DNA of 64,000 nucleotides, taken from IMG/VR virus record IMGVR_UViG_3300045971_000149, positions 1-64,000 of that record. One strand, 5' to 3'. Every line of letters begins with the position of its first letter. Position 1 is the stretch's first letter. The notes below the pieces were generated by a model, which did not search any database, was not told where the DNA came from, and was given only the letters and a program-made list of their open reading frames with translations. Source of the stretch: a virus. The translations under genes were made by a program, and so were the position numbers. Shown piece by piece: positions 10,600-20,274 of this stretch.

Positions 10600-11373
10600 T
10601 TGAAAAAATATCATTTTATTTCCGGGTTGCCACGTTCCGGAACAACTTTACTCTCTACTATCCTTAAACAAAATCCAAAATTTGAAGCAAGTGTTTCGGG
10701 GCCATTGGCAAGATTTACTAGAGCAATTATACAAGAATCGTCAAGTCAAGGTGGATATAGATTTGAATGCCCGCCAGAAAAACGCAAGCAACTCATTAAC
10801 GGGTTGTTTGAAAACTATTATGACGACCCCACAAAAGAAGTAGCATTTAACACTAACCGCGGTTGGCCATTATTGCTCCCGACTATTAAGGATTTATATC
10901 CTGAAAGCAAAATGATTCTATGTGTGCGTGATATTGGTTGGATTCTTGATAGCTTTGAAATGCTTCAGCGAAAAAATCCTTATACATTTACGAGTATGTT
11001 CAGTGATGCTGAAAGAATTAACGTATATAGCCGCTGCGAAACATTACTGAATAATGCACGAACCTTGGGGTTTGCATATGCAAGCGTAAAAGAAGCTATT
11101 ACTTCAGAATATAAAAGCTCAATAATGGTTGTTGATTACATTCAACTTGCAAAAGACCCTGCACGGACAATGCGAGCATTATATAGTTTTATCGGAGAAG
11201 AGTATTACCAACACGATTTTGATAATGTAGAAGCAAGCTACGACGAATTTGATGAAGACATTCAACTACCGGGATTACATACAACTCGAAAGAAAGTTCA
11301 GTACATAGAACGTGACACGGTTATTCCTCCCGATATTTGGCAAAGAGTAAACGGTATGGAAGTTTGGAAATAA
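10600..11373 (+). CDS. Sulfotransferase family protein
   Basis: N-terminal ISGLPRSGTTLL PAPS-binding loop; start moved to the TTG after the RBS. Confidence 0.85.
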   Translation: MKKYHFISGLPRSGTTLLSTILKQNPKFEASVSGPLARFTRAIIQESSSQGGYRFECPPEKRKQLINGLFENYYDDPTKEVAFNTNRGWPLLLPTIKDLYPESKMILCVRDIGWILDSFEMLQRKNPYTFTSMFSDAERINVYSRCETLLNNARTLGFAYASVKEAITSEYKSSIMVVDYIQLAKDPARTMRALYSFIGEEYYQHDFDNVEASYDEFDEDIQLPGLHTTRKKVQYIERDTVIPPDIWQRVNGMEVWK

Positions 11374-12096
11374 ATGATTCTTAACATAACACACGAAACA
11401 TTCTGTACACGGGGGATCCGTAATGGAGATCTTGTTGCGGTTTGCAATGTTGTGCAATACTTGAGAAAGATGAAAAATAATCCAGGAATACAATTCTATA
11501 TGGGAGAAGGCACAGTAATTCCCGACGAATACTGTCAACAGTTCTTCCAATTTTTATGTAAGCAAACTGATTGTTTTTCATTAGTGCCGGGTAAACAGGA
11601 ACTTCCGTGGAAGAATGTTAACTTATGGGATTACAGAGATATCTGTGGCGATGTCGTAAAAATATATAACGACAAAGAAATGAAAAAGAAAATAGTAGTG
11701 TTTCCTATTTACGATGCACTGTATCACGTATATAGAAATTGGCCAATGGAACTATTTCATAAAGTATTAGCGCACTGTTCTGCACAATATCCCGACCATG
11801 AAAAAATTGTGTGTGTTAAAGATATACCTGATCCGAGAGCAGGGATTAATTTACATGATTTTAAATTGAGCACAGATTTCATGACTAACATAAAACACAT
11901 TATGGATGCTGAAATATTCATAGGTGGTGATACCGGAGTTAGTCACTTTGCCGCGGCCCTTGACAGAGGCCCGAAGGAACTTGTGTATTATTATTCAAGT
12001 AGGGGAATGCTACATACAACTCCATTCTATGCATTGCAAGGAAAGGGTATATTAAACACCTATTGGCTTGACTGTGAAGGAGTAACATGGGAATAA
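11374..12096 (+). CDS. Glycosyltransferase, GT9/heptosyltransferase-like
   Basis: FIGGDTGVSHFAAAL motif. Confidence 0.65.
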   Translation: MILNITHETFCTRGIRNGDLVAVCNVVQYLRKMKNNPGIQFYMGEGTVIPDEYCQQFFQFLCKQTDCFSLVPGKQELPWKNVNLWDYRDICGDVVKIYNDKEMKKKIVVFPIYDALYHVYRNWPMELFHKVLAHCSAQYPDHEKIVCVKDIPDPRAGINLHDFKLSTDFMTNIKHIMDAEIFIGGDTGVSHFAAALDRGPKELVYYYSSRGMLHTTPFYALQGKGILNTYWLDCEGVTWE

Positions 12097-12770
12097 GCGT
12101 TTCGTGTATAGACACATTAAATTATGATGTAACTATACGAGCATTAAAAACTACGATAGAAACATTACAAGGTAAAGTTACTAAAGTATATTGGTTTAGT
12201 GATATTAAATTTCCGGAGAAAATAGATATCCCAGTTAAATGGATTCCGATAAACAAATTTGTTAGGTATACGGATGAATATAATTATGTCACCCTTAAAC
12301 TAATGCCGTCAGTTATAGAAGAATCACATAACTTAACAATACACGGCGACGGATTTGCAGTTAATTCCGATGCATGGACAGATGTGTTCTTACAATACGA
12401 TTATATAGGAGCAGTCTGGCCTATGTATGCAGATAAGCGAGTAGGCAATGGCGGGTTTACTTTAAGATCGAAAAAATTGTATGATACATTAGCACGGATA
12501 AATGTAAAGTATAGAACTGAAGAGTTTTTAGGTGAAACTGATCTTACTCTATTCAATACTGATAATAAGGGCGATCGGATAGTTCCAGAAGATAACATTA
12601 TTTGTAGATACTATAGAACAAGATTAGAAGACGAGTTCGGAATTGAGTTTGCCCCGGTTCCTATTGCAGACCGATTTAGCATAGAGTTAAACACTGATTC
12701 GTTGTGGCTCGGAAAGAGTCTAGGTTTTCACAACAAGAGAATAGCACACCATTATGGAGTTGAATTATGA
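12087..12770 (+). CDS. DUF5672-family putative glycosyltransferase
   Basis: YDYIGAVW...VGNGGFTLRSKKL...PED motifs. Confidence 0.75.
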   Translation: MGISVSCIDTLNYDVTIRALKTTIETLQGKVTKVYWFSDIKFPEKIDIPVKWIPINKFVRYTDEYNYVTLKLMPSVIEESHNLTIHGDGFAVNSDAWTDVFLQYDYIGAVWPMYADKRVGNGGFTLRSKKLYDTLARINVKYRTEEFLGETDLTLFNTDNKGDRIVPEDNIICRYYRTRLEDEFGIEFAPVPIADRFSIELNTDSLWLGKSLGFHNKRIAHHYGVEL

Positions 12771-13360
12771 AAGTAAATTTAGGTAGCGGATATAAACGCA
12801 TTGAAGGATTTGTTAATGTAGATGACGATCCGTTGGTTAATCCCGAATATGTTGTTAATTTAGAGAAAGGTAAATTACCGTTCGACGATAACACAGTAGA
12901 AGAAGTTGTTGCACATCATATATTAGAACATATAGGTGAAGGATTCATACCGTTGATGCAAGAAATTTATCGAGTTTGTAAGAACGGCGCAATAATAGAT
13001 ATAGTTGCGCCACATCATTTTCATGAAGTATATGTTAGTGATCCCACACATAAACGACCTATCACAGTTGATGGAATGATGCTGCTTGGAAAGAAGTTTA
13101 ATAGAGAGCATATTGAAAAGCATACCTCTAGTTCGGGTCTCGGATTAAAATTTAATATAGATTTTGAAGTTATTTGGTACGATTATGACTTCGATGTATT
13201 TTATGATGCAATGATAACAGATTTTAAAAAGAGAAAAGAAGAAGGTAAAGTTGCTCAAGAAGAAGATTTTATGATTCAACGGTTACTACGTGAAGCGACT
13301 AATGTCGCAATAAACACTAAAATAAAATTAATGGTGAAGAAAGATGGTCCAACCGCTTAA
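12767..13360 (+). CDS. Class I SAM-dependent methyltransferase (Methyltransf_11-like)
   Basis: VNLGSG, LPFDDNTV, HILEH, EIYRVCK, DPTH motifs. Confidence 0.85.
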   Translation: MKVNLGSGYKRIEGFVNVDDDPLVNPEYVVNLEKGKLPFDDNTVEEVVAHHILEHIGEGFIPLMQEIYRVCKNGAIIDIVAPHHFHEVYVSDPTHKRPITVDGMMLLGKKFNREHIEKHTSSSGLGLKFNIDFEVIWYDYDFDVFYDAMITDFKKRKEEGKVAQEEDFMIQRLLREATNVAINTKIKLMVKKDGPTA

Positions 13361-14765
13361 ATATTCAGAAACACGCCAACCGTTAGAACACATTGTTGAT
13401 TTTTTAGAAAAAGCCAACGAAGATGCATTAGCAGCAAAAGTAATAGAAGTGTTTGCTCGTCATTCATTCAATATAGAGCAGTTTAATCTCATAGCTAAAC
13501 TGTTCCTAGATGTACGTGATATTCCCCTTGCAGAGAAGTATGCATTAAAAGTGCTTGAAATGACTGACGATCTAAATCAGAAATTTGCTGCGAGAGCAAA
13601 CTTGGCAAAGATGTATAACAATATCAACATGCCGGAGAAGTCATTATTTTACACAAATATCAATCGTGCAATAATGCCTAAAGATCCAGATACATTATTA
13701 GAATCTGTATTTTCTCTTTACTTGTTAGGTCGTAAACCCGAAGCTGAAATTATTCTTAGAGATATGGAAACATATAAAGACCAGTTAAGTGAGCGACACC
13801 GAGATATTGTTAATTTCAATCTCGGTACATATAACATGGAGAAAGGCAAATTCTTAGAAGGGCTTGGCGGGTTCTTACTTAATGTTAAGAAACTTGAGAT
13901 ATGGTTTTCCCCTAAAGAACTTCCGTATAAGTTCTGGGACGGCGGCGCATATCCAGGTAAGACACTTATTATGTTTATGGAAGGTGGCGGAATCGGAGAC
14001 GAGATGCTTACTGTAAGATTCTACGACAATCTTAAAGCAATGGGATTTGATCCAGTGTACTATACCGGCCGAAAAGATTTGTATGAAATTTTTAATCGAT
14101 GCGGATATAAAACTATAATGACTCTGGATGGCATTCCGGAAGATGCAATGTGGACATATGCGATGCAAACACCGCTATGGTTGCAATGCAAGCCAGAAGA
14201 AGTTATTAGATCAAACTACTTATATCCGTCTAATGAAGCTAGAGACAAATGGGCATTTATCAAAGAAGATAAGAAGCTTCGAATAGGAGTTCGTTGGCAA
14301 GGTAATGCAAAGAATGAGCGAGACTTGCATAGAAAAGTACCAATTGCAGATATGATGAAGACATTGCATGAAGTATATGATGGACAAGATGTCTCATTTT
14401 ACTCTCTACAACTCGGCGACGGCGTAGAAGAAATGAGCAATTATCCAGAACTGATCGATATTAGCGATAGAATTTCTTCATATAACGATACGTTAGCATT
14501 GATGGAAAACTTGGATCTAGTTGTAACATCTTGTACCAGTGTGTTACATGCTGCTGCAATTGTAGGGACTCCGACAATGGGCATGATTCCTATCTCTGCA
14601 TACTTCACTTGGGTAAGTCCCCCGACCCCCGGCCGCCCCGACAACTCTAGTATTTGGTACGAAGATAACTTACGTTTGTTTAGGCAGATAGTACCAAATA
14701 ATTGGGATAAACCGTTTAATGAGCTTAAAACGTTTTTAATTGAGCATTGGCCCAGCGCAAAATAA
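13344..14765 (+). CDS. TPR-containing GT9-like glycosyltransferase
   Basis: Helical TPR-like N-terminus; EGGGIGDE, IGVRWQG and LDLVVTSCTSVLHAAA motifs. Confidence 0.75.
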   Translation: MVQPLKYSETRQPLEHIVDFLEKANEDALAAKVIEVFARHSFNIEQFNLIAKLFLDVRDIPLAEKYALKVLEMTDDLNQKFAARANLAKMYNNINMPEKSLFYTNINRAIMPKDPDTLLESVFSLYLLGRKPEAEIILRDMETYKDQLSERHRDIVNFNLGTYNMEKGKFLEGLGGFLLNVKKLEIWFSPKELPYKFWDGGAYPGKTLIMFMEGGGIGDEMLTVRFYDNLKAMGFDPVYYTGRKDLYEIFNRCGYKTIMTLDGIPEDAMWTYAMQTPLWLQCKPEEVIRSNYLYPSNEARDKWAFIKEDKKLRIGVRWQGNAKNERDLHRKVPIADMMKTLHEVYDGQDVSFYSLQLGDGVEEMSNYPELIDISDRISSYNDTLALMENLDLVVTSCTSVLHAAAIVGTPTMGMIPISAYFTWVSPPTPGRPDNSSIWYEDNLRLFRQIVPNNWDKPFNELKTFLIEHWPSAK

Positions 14766-14851
14766 TCGTCATAAAAAGCCACAAAACATGCAAAATAGGT
14801 TCTCTTTTTGCACGTTTTAGACCCTTAACCGAGGCCTTTTAAGCAGTTTGC

Positions 14852-15013
14852 TTAGGAGGCCTTTCTTACCTTGGTCAGCGGCTTCTTTGCTGCTTTCTTA
14901 TGAACGTAATGCGGATGGTATTTTTTTACTACTGGTTTCTTAGTAGCAGCCTGTGCTCCGCTAACTCCAAATAATGCAAAAATAGTTGCAGCAATAATTA
15001 AAACTTTTTTCAT
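14852..15013 (-). CDS. Small exported Lys/His-rich peptide (53 aa; not in ORF track)
   Basis: MKKVLIIAATIFALFGVSGAQA/ATKKPVVKKYHPHYVHKKAAKKPLTKVRKAS; GGAG RBS; ATAAATA upstream. Confidence 0.7.
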   Translation of the reverse strand: MKKVLIIAATIFALFGVSGAQAATKKPVVKKYHPHYVHKKAAKKPLTKVRKAS

Positions 15014-15063
15014 ACAAACTCCAATTTAGTACGTTGTGGGATATTTATGAGTTAAATATCACG

Positions 15064-15624
15064 ATGACAAAAATAGAAAATCTTACAGGTAAAATAATTA
15101 TTGCCCAGCCTGCATTTTATAGTGGCCATTTTAGCAAGAGTATTGTATTAATTGCCCAACACGGAGAAGGCGGATCGTGGGGAGTTGTATTAAATCGACT
15201 TGCGCGGACTGTTACTATGAAAGAAGTAATGAAAGCAGCAGGAGTTGAATACCATAGAGATGAAGCTATCTATATCGGTGGCCCCGTAGAGCCCACACGC
15301 ATACACGTTGTTCATTCGTTAGATTGGTCATCATCCGGAACAATGTGTATTAATGACGAAATTGGAATCACTGGCGATTTAAGTATACTAGCTGCAATAA
15401 GTGCAGGAGAAGGTCCTGACTATTATAGGGCAGGTATTGGTCTTGCAGTATGGAGTGCAGGCCAACTAGATGGGGAAATGAAAGGGCAGTCCCCTTGGAA
15501 ACCAGAACAAAGATGGCTTACAACTGATGCCACTGTAAATCTCTGCTTCAATGAGCTCGGAGAAGAACAGTGGCATAATGCTATCGGACATTGTATCGAA
15601 GAACGAGTATCTGATCTCTTTTAA
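15064..15624 (+). CDS. YqgE/AlgH (DUF179) family protein
   Basis: FSKSIVLI.QH...G.VLNR, IYIGGPV, G.A.WSAGQL.GE. Confidence 0.9.
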   Translation: MTKIENLTGKIIIAQPAFYSGHFSKSIVLIAQHGEGGSWGVVLNRLARTVTMKEVMKAAGVEYHRDEAIYIGGPVEPTRIHVVHSLDWSSSGTMCINDEIGITGDLSILAAISAGEGPDYYRAGIGLAVWSAGQLDGEMKGQSPWKPEQRWLTTDATVNLCFNELGEEQWHNAIGHCIEERVSDLF

Positions 15625-17090
15625 TCTTTTTCGGAATTCATTCCAGCAAGCATTTCTCTAATCTTTGTGCTTCCTGCAATACCTTTAATCTTCCCAATAC
15701 TACTTCCTTCAGTCGGGTCTCGAATTTCCCCAGTATCTTGATCAATAATTGTAGATGTTTTCTTCAGTCCTGCATACAACCCGGGCTTTCCATTTCCGTT
15801 ACCATTACCTTGACCGCCACCATTACTAAAACTAGATTCTTGTTCGTCTTCGTCTAGGTTGCTAATACGCAATGAGTCTAAGTTAAATTCAAGATCGACT
15901 TTTTGCCCAACACCGCTACTAGAACGAGTTTTCATAAACTGAATCTGAAAGCGTCCGCGTTCTTTCATTGCACGACTTGTAAAGATACCAATAACATTGT
16001 CTGCTGTCATGATCTTTGATAATCCGCCTGATATGTGACTGTGATCAAATTCAATCTCTTCAACTGCACTACGATTTAACTGAGACGCGGTGACTGTGAC
16101 GCATTGTGTTTCCATTGCTAAGTTACGAATTTCTTCTGATACATACTTGTCCTTAACGAACAAATCACTTGGGCTAACTTTAACGCTAAGTGGCATCATT
16201 AAATCCAAATAGTCGATTAGCAATACATCGGGTTTCACGCCCTTCTTAACTTGATACTCTTTTAGATACGCACGAATATCGTTACAGTTCTTACCAGATG
16301 GCATATATTTGACTTGCAAGTTACCGCTCTTCTTACCGATCATCTTAACTTTAAGTTCAACATCGTCTAAGCTCTTAAAGATCTCGCGTGTGCCAATCCC
16401 TGTCATCATACTGTCAAGCCGCATTGCAACTAATCCTTCGCTCAATTCGAACGTTAGGTACAATACATTTAATCCTTGCAATGCCCAATTAACCCCCATA
16501 TTCGCTAAGAACAGAGATTTACCACCGCCTGATCCTGCACAAAAGATGTTCAGTTCACCGCGATTAAATCCGCCGTACAGCTTACGATCCATTGACGGCC
16601 ATCCTGTGCTAATTTGACCATTACCGTCTTTTAACTTGCTCAATCGTGCTCTAGGATCTTCAAAGTAATCAGTACCCATGTCTTTGTTCAAGCTAATCTG
16701 AATTGCATCTTTGATTAACTTTTCAACTGGACCGTATTCGCCCTTTTCAAGCAAGTCTGCTGACTGCAAAATTGCTCGCTCTAATCCCTTATGACGAGAA
16801 AAGTTTTCAAACTCGTTCATTAACCAATCATAATTTTCTTTAGGTAATTCAACCGGGTTTAGATCAGTGTTGCAAGATGCATTAACAATTTGTGCCTCGG
16901 GCATGATCTTGTATTCGTTAACATAATCGTTAATGAAAGTTGCTACATCTTGTAACTTTCTATCAAAATTCAACGGCTCAAAAATGTTCTGGCAACGCAC
17001 AAATGTCGCTGCATCGCTCATAAACATTTCTATATATAACTTCTGAATGTCGTGACTATAACTAGGTGCTACTTGTTTATTCTCCGCCAT
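15621..17090 (-). CDS. Replicative DnaB-like helicase (T4 gp41-like)
   Basis: Walker A GSGGGKS, LIDYLD, TASQLNR. Confidence 0.93.
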   Translation of the reverse strand: MAENKQVAPSYSHDIQKLYIEMFMSDAATFVRCQNIFEPLNFDRKLQDVATFINDYVNEYKIMPEAQIVNASCNTDLNPVELPKENYDWLMNEFENFSRHKGLERAILQSADLLEKGEYGPVEKLIKDAIQISLNKDMGTDYFEDPRARLSKLKDGNGQISTGWPSMDRKLYGGFNRGELNIFCAGSGGGKSLFLANMGVNWALQGLNVLYLTFELSEGLVAMRLDSMMTGIGTREIFKSLDDVELKVKMIGKKSGNLQVKYMPSGKNCNDIRAYLKEYQVKKGVKPDVLLIDYLDLMMPLSVKVSPSDLFVKDKYVSEEIRNLAMETQCVTVTASQLNRSAVEEIEFDHSHISGGLSKIMTADNVIGIFTSRAMKERGRFQIQFMKTRSSSGVGQKVDLEFNLDSLRISNLDEDEQESSFSNGGGQGNGNGNGKPGLYAGLKKTSTIIDQDTGEIRDPTEGSSIGKIKGIAGSTKIREMLAGMNSEKD

Positions 17091-18069
17091 GCTCTATCCT
17101 TTTCTTTAACATTGTTATTTTAATCTCACCGTGCACTCTATATTTGAGGATAGTGAGAAGTGTGTAAATTCTACCAAATTTCTTAACAGCATCTGCAACG
17201 TCTTTAACATCCGGCCCCCAATCAGGCAAACTAACTGACCAATTGTGTGCTACTGCTGCCTTGAGCATTTGTATGCCTGCCTTATCATTATCGGGGACTA
17301 CTATTACTTCTCTCGCTAACTGATTAATTCTAGATATTTGTGTTTCATTAGGATCGTTATGGCCTATTGCTACTCCGTCTACTGCAATTGCATCAAACTG
17401 ACCTTCTACTACGATGACAAATTTTCTATCATCTTTTTGATTGTCAATATTAAACACATATCCAGGTTGTCCGTGTGCAAGATACTTAGGTTTGCCATCT
17501 CTAATTTTACGCCCGGTCCATCCTGTAATGCGACCTTCGTGATAATACGGAATAATAACTCGGTCTCTATAGCCGCTAGCTGAACACCAGTGCCAGTTAC
17601 ACCAATCTAAGCTCATGCCTCGATCAAGTATGTACCCTACTACTTCTAAAAAGTCGCTGTCTTCGCATCCTTTGTTAATCCATTGTTGTATGGGTAAACA
17701 ATCTTCTGGTAATTCTGTTGTCTCTAATTCAAAATTTGGAAGTTTTACTGCTTTCGGTTGATCGTCTTTCTGTTTGATAGCATCAAATGCCAATTGCTGG
17801 ATCTCGCTATCAGATATACTTAGCCAGCTAAACAGGCTTCGCGTATTTTTCGATAGTAGCTTCCCTGGTTGCCAACCTGCTTTGAAACTACAATTAAAAC
17901 AGTGATAAGTAAATCCGTCGCCGCTGAACATTATGCCGCCGCGTTTACGTGTATCGACCTTTTCGCCATTATGATGACAGCAGGGCGCATTAAAGCTTTC
18001 CCATCCCGACGGAGTTATCTTTCTTTTAGGTGGCAAGGCTAACTGCACTCTTGCCTGTATAGTATTCAT
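17077..18069 (-). CDS. DNA primase (gp61/DnaG-like)
   Basis: Zn finger (CCHH...HCFNC); TOPRIM VEGQFDA, PDND. Confidence 0.9.
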   Translation of the reverse strand: MNTIQARVQLALPPKRKITPSGWESFNAPCCHHNGEKVDTRKRGGIMFSGDGFTYHCFNCSFKAGWQPGKLLSKNTRSLFSWLSISDSEIQQLAFDAIKQKDDQPKAVKLPNFELETTELPEDCLPIQQWINKGCEDSDFLEVVGYILDRGMSLDWCNWHWCSASGYRDRVIIPYYHEGRITGWTGRKIRDGKPKYLAHGQPGYVFNIDNQKDDRKFVIVVEGQFDAIAVDGVAIGHNDPNETQISRINQLAREVIVVPDNDKAGIQMLKAAVAHNWSVSLPDWGPDVKDVADAVKKFGRIYTLLTILKYRVHGEIKITMLKKRIEHGGE

Positions 18070-18078
18070 ACTACTAGT

Positions 18079-18984
18079 TTAACTGAAATACTGAATTTTA
18101 TCAATGAAACCGGACGGGAACTTATTGATATTACTTCCAATAGGATTGCCGGTAGGGTAGTAGTCAACACCAAACGCATCGTTAACTGGTTTTACTTTAA
18201 AGCGAACTGCTGTAATATTAGTGTTCCAAGATAATTGGATATTACTAGTCGTGGGTGCAATAGATGTATAACTTGCAATTTCAAAAGCTTGTGCATTTGC
18301 AGAACCTTGTGGGCTCGGCGAGTTAGCAAGTGTGCCTTCTATTGTAATTTTTCCAACAAAGTTGTTTAATGAAAACATTGCACTTTGCGGGGTAGAGATT
18401 GTCATAGCACTCGGAAATGGGCGATACCATCCTGTAAAGAAAATATATCCCATATTTAACGGATCTCTATTGTACTCTTGCCCTTGTTCTAATTGTATTG
18501 AATTAACAACTTGAACAGGAAATCCTAAAGCGAACCCGTCTTCTACTATTTCAATTTCGCCAGTAATTTCATAGTAAGTATTAGCATATGCAGGAGTGAA
18601 TGTTCCGTCACCATTATCTTTTTTCACAAGGAATCGGTAACTACCTGCAGATAGATTTATAGTATCAATGGGATTAAATGTAGCTAAACTAAGGCCTCGA
18701 GTAGATGTAGTGACTTGATCGTCGATTAGCGTTAATTGCTTTGTTAATACTCGTTGACGACCAGAGGAATCTATCATATCAAACCAGTAATTTGTGCTAG
18801 TAGATAGCGGTACTGGTTTCTGATCTGAATTTTTAAATTGAATTTGTACGGAGTCTTTAAACCCTTTTTGAATTTTTAGCTTGCGTTGATACATGATCTG
18901 GTGGATACTCCTGGTTTGATCCAAATCCAATATTACGTCAAGTAAATTGGAGTATAAATAGACTGGTAACTTGTTCATATGCAT
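18079..18984 (-). CDS. Hypothetical protein, probably virion structural
   Basis: 301-aa beta-rich ORF; ATAAATA late motif directly upstream. Confidence 0.5.
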   Translation of the reverse strand: MHMNKLPVYLYSNLLDVILDLDQTRSIHQIMYQRKLKIQKGFKDSVQIQFKNSDQKPVPLSTSTNYWFDMIDSSGRQRVLTKQLTLIDDQVTTSTRGLSLATFNPIDTINLSAGSYRFLVKKDNGDGTFTPAYANTYYEITGEIEIVEDGFALGFPVQVVNSIQLEQGQEYNRDPLNMGYIFFTGWYRPFPSAMTISTPQSAMFSLNNFVGKITIEGTLANSPSPQGSANAQAFEIASYTSIAPTTSNIQLSWNTNITAVRFKVKPVNDAFGVDYYPTGNPIGSNINKFPSGFIDKIQYFS

Positions 18985-18997
18985 ATTTATCGATTAA

Positions 18998-19384
18998 ATG
19001 AAACCAATTAAAAGCAACGATTTTCAACAGAATTTTCCGTTTATAACCTGCATTCGCTGCTGTGACGACGAGTACGTCGGCATTATCATCAACCTCGATT
19101 TGCAGGTTACTAGCATATATGATTTTAGCATACTGAAAACTGACGGAGACAAACAGAAATTTTTAGAACTAGGTGAGATTTGGTGGTGGGAATCTAATAG
19201 GAAGATACCTATTAATATCTTTTTAAAGGCAGATATGATTGCATTCCGCCCTATGATCAAGACATTTAGTTCTAAAGATATTTCCGTAGTATTTGGGCCT
19301 ACGGTAAATTTAAGTGATATTGCAGAAAAGCGGGTAAAGCGTAAATCAATACAGCTTGTTAAGAACCCGAAGAAGCTTCGCTAA
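18998..19384 (+). CDS. Conserved phage hypothetical protein
   Basis: 128-aa ORF with WWWESNRKIPINIFL motif. Confidence 0.6.
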   Translation: MKPIKSNDFQQNFPFITCIRCCDDEYVGIIINLDLQVTSIYDFSILKTDGDKQKFLELGEIWWWESNRKIPINIFLKADMIAFRPMIKTFSSKDISVVFGPTVNLSDIAEKRVKRKSIQLVKNPKKLR

Positions 19385-19952
19385 TCTGTTCGCAAATGAG
19401 ATTTAATTGCATCACAATAAGATGTGCGTAACTAACAGCATGACTCTTTTTAAAGTAATACGCTTCGTCAGTTTTAACCCAAATATCATTCTTAATCGCC
19501 TCGAAGCCTTCTTCCTTGCATATTGGCAACAGATGCTTTTTACCAGGTCTAATTAATGCCAATACTATTGCTAATTCTAGTATACTGGTCGGCTTTAATT
19601 GTTCTAACAGCGAATGATAACCATTAATATGTACCAACTGATCGCATATATCTTTCTCGTAAATCAACTCCCATAATGGTTCTACGGCAAGTAGCTTACT
19701 AATATGTTCTTCGTTCTTAACGTCTTTATATGCAGATACATTTAAGAAATCTATCTTAAAATAACCGCGCTCTTCCGCAGACTTATACTCGATACTAGAA
19801 AGTCCGGTTAATGGATTGAACGGAACAGAGTGACAATATACTCCAGAATTATGTTTCTTTGCAATACCGTGGTCAAGTCGCATTGCAGAAATATGCTTAA
19901 TTTTCGATAGCACTTCGTCTCTATCAGCGAAATCAATATCTATATCCGGCAT
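19359..19952 (-). CDS. Miniature DNA polymerase III alpha (DnaE)-like protein
   Basis: MPDIDIDF, YFKIDFL, LALIRPG and YYFKKSHAVSYA match DnaE motifs. Confidence 0.8.
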   Translation of the reverse strand: MPDIDIDFADRDEVLSKIKHISAMRLDHGIAKKHNSGVYCHSVPFNPLTGLSSIEYKSAEERGYFKIDFLNVSAYKDVKNEEHISKLLAVEPLWELIYEKDICDQLVHINGYHSLLEQLKPTSILELAIVLALIRPGKKHLLPICKEEGFEAIKNDIWVKTDEAYYFKKSHAVSYAHLIVMQLNLICEQISEASSGS

Positions 19953-20274
19953 TTACGCCTCCTCCACATAGTGCCAACACATTTAAATATTGATCCCATG
20001 CTTTTTGCACTGCGGGATATCTGCGCCTAATCTCAACGTTCTCTAAAGATTCTTCGTTAAACACTTGCATCATGTCTTTTACGCGAGGTTCGGGCACATG
20101 AAATGCAATAGCTTTCACATCTGTAACTGTATACTCTGGGTATAAGGTTGACATAGAAGTAGTATATGTATATGGATCGATCTGTTGTCGAACAGCAAAT
20201 CGTATTTCACTATCGGTCACTTTTGCATCAAATTGATCGCAGAATTTATTGTATTTTTGAGAATAATCTTTCAT
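19933..20274 (-). CDS. Hypothetical protein
   Basis: In-operon ORF with overlapping boundaries. Confidence 0.6.
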   Translation of the reverse strand: MKDYSQKYNKFCDQFDAKVTDSEIRFAVRQQIDPYTYTTSMSTLYPEYTVTDVKAIAFHVPEPRVKDMMQVFNEESLENVEIRRRYPAVQKAWDQYLNVLALCGGGVNAGYRY

